From: Euprymna scolopes
Taxonomy: Eukaryota
Assembly: GCA_053919585.1 (NCBI GenBank)
Contig: CM132811.1
Strand: one strand, 5' to 3'
DNA length: 64,000 bases
Shown: positions 59,001 through 64,000 of the stretch, piece after piece
Position numbering within the stretch: the first letter of the stretch is position 1
Layout of the letters: each line of letters starts with the position of its first letter
Made by a program: the position numbers and the translations under genes
The notes under the pieces: model-generated
Database searches by the model: none
The model's input: the letters and a program-made list of their open reading frames with translations, nothing else
Told to the model about the DNA's origin: nothing

Positions 59001-60940
59001 AAGCGTCAAATAAAAGCGTCAAGTAAAAGGGTCAAGTAAAAGCGTCAAATAAAAGGGTCAAGTAAAAGGGTAAAATAAAAGCGTCAAATAAAAGCGTCAA
59101 ATAAAAGCGTCAAGTAAAAGCGTCAAATAAAAGCGTCAAGTAAAAGCGTCAAATAAAAGCGTCAAATAAAAGCGTTAAATAAAAGCGTCAAAACAAAGCG
59201 TCAAGTAAAAGCGTCAAATAAAAGCGTCAAGTAAAAGCGTCAAATAAAAGCGTCAAATAAAAGCGTCAAGTAAAGGCGTCAAATGAAAGCGTCAAATAAA
59301 AGCGTCAAGAAAAAGCGTCAAGTAAAAGCGTCAAATAAAAGCTTCAAATAAAAGCGTCAAATAAAAGCGTCAAGTAAAAGGGTCGAGTAAAAGCGTCAAA
59401 TAAAAGCGACAAATAAAAGGGTCAAGTAAAAGGGTCAAGTAAAAGCGTCAAATAAAAGGGTCAAGTAAAAGGGTCAAATAAAAGCGTCAAGTAAAAGCGT
59501 CAAGTAAAAGCGTGAAATAAAAGCGTGAAATAAAAGCGTCAAGTAAAAGGGGCAAGTAAAAGCGTCAAGTAAAAGCGTCAAGTAAAAGCGTCAAGTAAAG
59601 GCGTCAAATAAAAGCGTCAAATAAAAGCGTCAAACAAAAGCGTCAAATAAAAGCGTCAATAAAAGCGTCAAGTAAAAGCGTCAAGTAAAAGTGTCAAGTA
59701 AAAGCGTCAAGTAAAGGCGTCAAATAAAAGCGTCAAATAAAAGGGTCAAATAAAAGCGTCAAATAAAAGCGTCAAGTAAAAGCGTCAAATAAAAGCGTCA
59801 AATAAAAGCGTCAAGTAAAGGCGTCAAATAAAAGCGTCAAATAAAAGCGTCAAGAAAAAGCGTCAAGTAAAAGCGTCAAATAAAAGCTTCAAATAAAAGC
59901 GTCAAATAAAAGCGTCAAGTAAAAGGGTCGAGTAAAAGCGTAAAATAAAAGCGTCAAATAAAAGGGTCAAGTAAAAGGGTCAAGTAAAAGCGTCAAATAA
60001 AAGGGTCAAGTAAAAGGGTCAAATAAAAACGTCAAATAAAAGCGTCAAATAAAAGCGTCAAGAAAAAGCGTCAAATAAAAGCGTCAAATAAAAGCGTCAA
60101 ATAAAAGGGTCAAGTAAAAAGGTCAAGTAAAAGCGTCAAATAAAGGGGTCAAGTAAAAAGGTCAAGTAAAAGCGTCAAATAAAAGCGTCAAGAAAAAGCG
60201 TCAAATAAAAGCGTCAAATAAAAGCGTCAAATAAAAGGGTCAAGTAAAAAGGTCAAGTAAAAGCGTCAAATAAAAGGGTCAAGTAAAAAGGTCAAGTAAA
60301 AGCGTCAAATAAAAGCGTCAAGTAAAAGCGTCAAATAAAAGCGTCAAGTAAAAGCGTCAAATAAAAGCGTCAAGTAAATATGTCAAATAAAAGCGTCAAA
60401 TAAAAGCGTCAAATAAAAGCGTATAATAAAAGCGTCAAATAAAAGGGTCAAGTAAAAAGGTCAAGTAAAAGCGTCAAATAAAAGCGTCAAGTAAAAGCGT
60501 CATATAAAAGCGTCAAGAAAAAGCGTCAAATAAATGGGTCAAGTAAAAGCGTCAAATAAAAGCGTCAAATAAAAGCGTCAAATAAAAGCGTCAAGAAAAA
60601 GCGTCAAATAAAAGGGTCAAGTAAAAGCGTCAAATAAAAGCGTCAAATAAAAGCGTCAAATAAAAGCGTCAAGTAAAAGCGTCAAATAAAAGCGTCAAGT
60701 AAAAGCGTCAAGTAAAAACGTCAAGTAAAAGCGTCAAATAAAAGCGTCAAATAAAAGCGTCAAATAAAAGCGTCAAGTAAAAGCGTCAAATAAAAGCGTC
60801 AAGTAAAAGCGTCAAGAAAAAGCGTCAAATAAAAGCGTCAAGTAAAAGCGTCAAATAAAAGCGTCAAGTAAAAGCGTCAAATAAAAGCGTCAAATAAAAG
60901 CGTCAAGTAAAATGGTCAAGTAAAAGCGTCAAGAAAAAGG
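8041..60940 (+). repeat. Satellite DNA array, 13-bp monomer TAAAAGCGTCAA(A/G), ~52.9 kb, ~4,070 head-to-tail copies with higher-order structure
   Basis: Continuous 13-bp periodicity from agcgtcaagt at 8041 to aagaaaaagg at ~60940, in a single orientation, with no insertions or N gaps seen. One position is A/G dimorphic. Rare variants recur in conserved order (GGGTC, GCTTC, GGTCGA, GCGAC, GGGGC, GGGCC, AACT). Confidence 0.99.
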
Positions 60941-61336
60941 GGACACCATAACTTATGTGATTGGCTACAAACAACGTAAGACTTCTTTTTTCTATAAAAA
61001 CAAGACAGCATTTATATTATAAAACGAATGCTTTTGTTCCTTAATTAATTACGTTTATTTACAAATAAACAAACGTGCCTAAGATATTCCGGTTTTGTCA
61101 CACTGAATCTTTCTTTTTCTCCACAAGTCTCTATGCCTGCCATACTCATTTCTCTCCCGGGAATCCCAAAGACACCTTATCAAATTAAGCTTTTGTTTAC
61201 GTCGTCCGATATCAGCTTTGTCGTAAAAGTCCGTGACCTGATTCCTAATCACAGCTTTCTTAGACTATTATTTTGTCGATCGTTCTTTTCAACCTGTGAG
61301 GGACAAGGAATGTTTCCGCTTTACCGTTTCTTTCTA

Positions 61337-61751
61337 AAATGCCCAGTCGGTATTCCCCGGTAAGAGCGCCTCAGGAGATTAGCAATAAACTAACCTTGCA
61401 GACAACACGGGTTCAAAACGTGCATCCTGTCTAATAACACTGGAAAAAAGGAAAATAAAAACCTCAGCTTTCGAAACGCCCATAAAATACAAATGAATAC
61501 TTTACTCTTTGCAAATAACTTTTCTTATACATACAAATATTTTTATCTTCAGCCCCCCCCCCCCGCCAAATCAACAGAGATAAGACAATTCCTGTAATGA
61601 CCTGGACCCTGTTCATTGCGGTGTCATGCTGGTTCTTTGTATTTCTAGGAGGTGCTCTCTCCCAGGCTTGGTCTTCTCTTTCTTTGAGGAGGGATTAGTT
61701 TATTGCTAATCGCCTGAGGCGCTCTTACCGGAGAATACCGACTGGGCAGCC
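61337..61751. mobile_element. MITE, 415 bp, ~57-bp terminal inverted repeats, probable TA target-site duplication
   Basis: tgcccagtcggtattccccggtaagagcgcctcaggagattagcaataaactaa (61340-61393) is inverted at 61695-61748 with 2 mismatches. TA lies at 61335-61336 and 61752-61753. The outermost 3 bp are mismatched. Confidence 0.85.
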
Positions 61752-62037
61752 TAGACATTTTTTAAATTTTTTGCAGCTCAGAGTGCTCCTCCTTGTTGAC
61801 GCTGACTTCTCAATCACACTTTCAGAACCTGGTTTGATAGTTCTTGCGATGGGTGAGAACTAAATCCCCTTACGGACATAAGATCACGAACTGATATCCA
61901 GTCAAGTCCTGTTTTCAAGAGACGATGTCCACTCATTCCAATAGCAACCAATCAAAATCCAAGGAACAGACTTGTCCATTTAAACATCCTAGCATGTTTA
62001 TATGCCAACTCTATGCGTTCTGATTTCTATCCATTTA

Positions 62038-62112
62038 TTAGGTTGGTGCAAAAATAATGTTTTTGACGTTCAACTATATATTTTTTTTAAAATTATTTTT
62101 GCATCAACCTAA
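62038..62112. mobile_element. MADE1-like mariner MITE, 75 bp, TA target-site duplication
   Basis: TA|ttaggttggtgcaaaaataat...attatttttgcatcaacctaa|TA. The TIR matches the Hsmar1/MADE1 terminus TTAGGTTGGTGCAAAA. Confidence 0.9.
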
Positions 62113-62896
62113 TAATTCTAACTCAATCGGTCAGACACTGTGCACAAGTTAGTAAATTCAAAAGATTTATTTCTCCTTCATTCTCTTCTCCTTTCTCGGT
62201 TCTCCTCCCCTTTTTTTCTTTTCTTTTCTCCTTTTGCTTTTTCTCCTCCCTCTCTTATTCTTTAAAATTGTTTCTTTCTTTCTTGTCTTGTTTTTTTTGT
62301 TTTTGTTTTGTTTTTTTTTGTGCTAAATTTACTTTTTTCCCCGAACATTTTGACCTTACTCATAAAACGTGGAAGACTTCGATTTTGTGGATTACAATTT
62401 ATTCTGTCCGTCGTAATTGCTGGACAACAACTCAAATCCATACCAAAATTAGAACGTGAACATTATCACTCTATACCAACATCCGGTCAAGGATCTTGGC
62501 AGTCTAGAAAAAAGTATACATATGGGTATCAAAATTCGAACATGACATTAGAATTCTTTATCAAAATGTGAGATGCGCCTCCGAAATGTTTTTTTATGGA
62601 AATTGCTCCTGACAAAATATGAAGCCACTTGATGTAAGAAACTAACATGAGCGAAGGATGATTAGTGCAAAGACAGGAGATGCCCATTATCCTTAATCTT
62701 GAAATACAATTGCTATAGGTAGGAAGAACACGACCAACAAAAGAGTTTAACAAGCTTGCAGTTTTTGGAAAGAAGCTGTACTACAATTGTTATATCAATC
62801 GATGCCACCGAAAGGCAAAGGAGTATCTGCGTGTATAATTGTGACGCAAGGATTGCGTAATCACCAACCACACCTCTCCTGAATCGGCAGTTTGAT

Positions 62897-63066
62897 TCCA
62901 GTGGCAAGAAGTCCAGGACGACTGAGAACAATGCCGGGATAAGCGGAGAGCACATACAGCACCTGGAAGTCCCAAATGGTCACCCATTTAGTACTGACCA
63001 GGTTCAACGTTGCTTAACTTCAGTGATCCACGGGAACTGGTGTGTCAACGTGATTATGGCGTATAG
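62897..63066 (-). pseudogene. 5S rRNA-derived sequence (62951-63066) plus a 54-bp non-5S 3' extension; SINE3-like copy 1
   Basis: The minus strand reads tacgccataatcacgttgacacaccagttcccgtggatcactgaagttaagcaacgttgaacctggtcagtactaaatgggtgaccatttgggacttccaggtgctgtatg. This is colinear with invertebrate 5S rRNA (box A GAAGTTAAGC, box C region ATGGGTGACC) but has small deletions and no oligo-T terminator. Confidence 0.85.
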
Positions 63067-63134
63067 TAGTAGATAATAAACACAGCGTATAGACGATAAT
63101 AAATATATAGTTCAAATATCTGCAGCGTTTTTAG

Positions 63135-63285
63135 TCCAGTGGCAAGAAGTTCAGGACGACTGGAAACAATGCCGAGATAAGCGGAGAGCACATACAGCAC
63201 CTGTACATTAGTACTGACTAGGTTCAGCGTTGCGTAACTTCGGTGATCCGGCGGGAACCGGTGTGTCAACGTGATTATGCTGTAT
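63135..63285 (-). pseudogene. Second 5S-derived SINE3-like copy with a deletion through box C
   Basis: Direct repeat of 62897-63066 at a 238-bp offset, with the same extension. The gaagtcccaaatggtcacc segment is missing. Confidence 0.82.
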
Positions 63286-63418
63286 TCAAATATAGTGTCT
63301 ATATAACTCGACCAAACAATCACACACGCTACATGTTGTGTGTGGATAAATATGTCTGTTGATGGGTATGCATAATGCCTAAATAACAATGCAGTTCACA
63401 ATCGTCTATATAAACGTG

Positions 63419-63560
63419 NNNNNNNNNNNNNNNNNNNNNNNNNNNNNNNNNNNNNNNNNNNNNNNNNNNNNNNNNNNNNNNNNNNNNNNNNNNNNNNNNN
63501 NNNNNNNNNNNNNNNNNNNNNNNNNNNNNNNNNNNNNNNNNNNNNNNNNNNNNNNNNNNN
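63419..63560. other. N run (gap or hard mask), 142 bp
   Basis: Run of n. Confidence 0.99.
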
Positions 63561-64000
63561 GATGAGTATGCGTGTGTCGTTGTTTAGACATTCAATAAAC
63601 AGTTCGCCAAACGCAGACAATAACGTACAAGGGACAGTTCTTTAACGGGACGAATCAAATCTTTTCTGGGAGCACATACCTTCTTCTTCTTTTTTTTTCT
63701 TTTTTTCTAGTTCCCTTTTCTTCAATTTTGTAAATGCTGCAAGGAAAGTTTCTTCAAAGCTATGGGTAAGAAGAACAATAGCCAACAAGAAAAGAGTTAT
63801 TGGAATTAAGCTACTGGAATAGACAGATGTACTACAATAAGGTATCAATACACCGAATTGGTGGAGACCACTAGACTACCGAGTCAAACGAGCTGAAACA
63901 AAGGAGGCGGAGAATAGATCGGACATTTCTGAAATACGGGTGCCACATTACATAAAAATATAAATATATAAATAAAAAATAAAATATATTTTGTAGATAA

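Noticed and set aside
8041-60940. Satellite as a coding repeat
   Set aside because: 13 is not a multiple of 3, and the monomer has TAA on the + strand and TGA on the - strand. All six frames hit a stop about every 39 nt, consistent with the empty ORF track.
8041-60940. CRISPR array or telomeric repeat
   Set aside because: There are no unique spacers or cas genes and the context is eukaryotic. The monomer lacks a G-rich telomeric motif, and the array is internal with unique flanks on both sides.
8041-60940. A/G pattern as an information-bearing code
   Set aside because: The pattern is copied along with the duplicated blocks, so duplication history explains it. Nothing suggests a readout.
7411-62112. 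Composite mariner transposon carrying the whole satellite
   Set aside because: The TIR at 7411-7432 is a right end (TA on its right), so it faces the wrong way to enclose the array. The two TIRs at 62038-62112 pair with each other.
62951-63066. Functional 5S rRNA gene
   Set aside because: It has several small deletions relative to typical 5S, an altered box C, and no oligo-T terminator. The sister copy lacks box C.
61133-63848. ORF-track entries in the right flank as genes
   Set aside because: They are 61-111 aa, overlap MITEs, 5S-derived copies or N runs, and show no recognisable domain. Small exons cannot be excluded from sequence alone.

Overview
AT-rich, gene-free eukaryotic DNA. The microsatellite and transposon complement looks animal, possibly a mollusc such as a cephalopod, but that is an impression only. 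About 83% of the window (8041-60940) is one uninterrupted head-to-tail satellite of a 13-bp monomer, TAAAAGCGTCAA(A/G), in roughly 4,070 copies. Rare variant monomers show nested higher-order structure: ~340-430 bp sub-units, a ~1.2 kb unit, 1-2.5 kb tandem duplications, and a ~9.9 kb super-duplication, with distinct outer layers at both edges. The flanks are a patchwork of microsatellites, short N runs and decayed mobile elements: an internally deleted R4/Dong-type non-LTR element, an inverted-repeat element with degenerate Penelope-type hammerhead motifs, a non-autonomous Helitron with 150-bp internal repeats, two TA-flanked MITEs (one MADE1-like mariner), and two 5S rRNA-headed SINE3-like copies. 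None of the supplied ORFs is a credible gene. I see no new protein-coding system. The best leads are the satellite architecture and the hammerhead-bearing fold-back element. All coordinates and offsets were read by eye.
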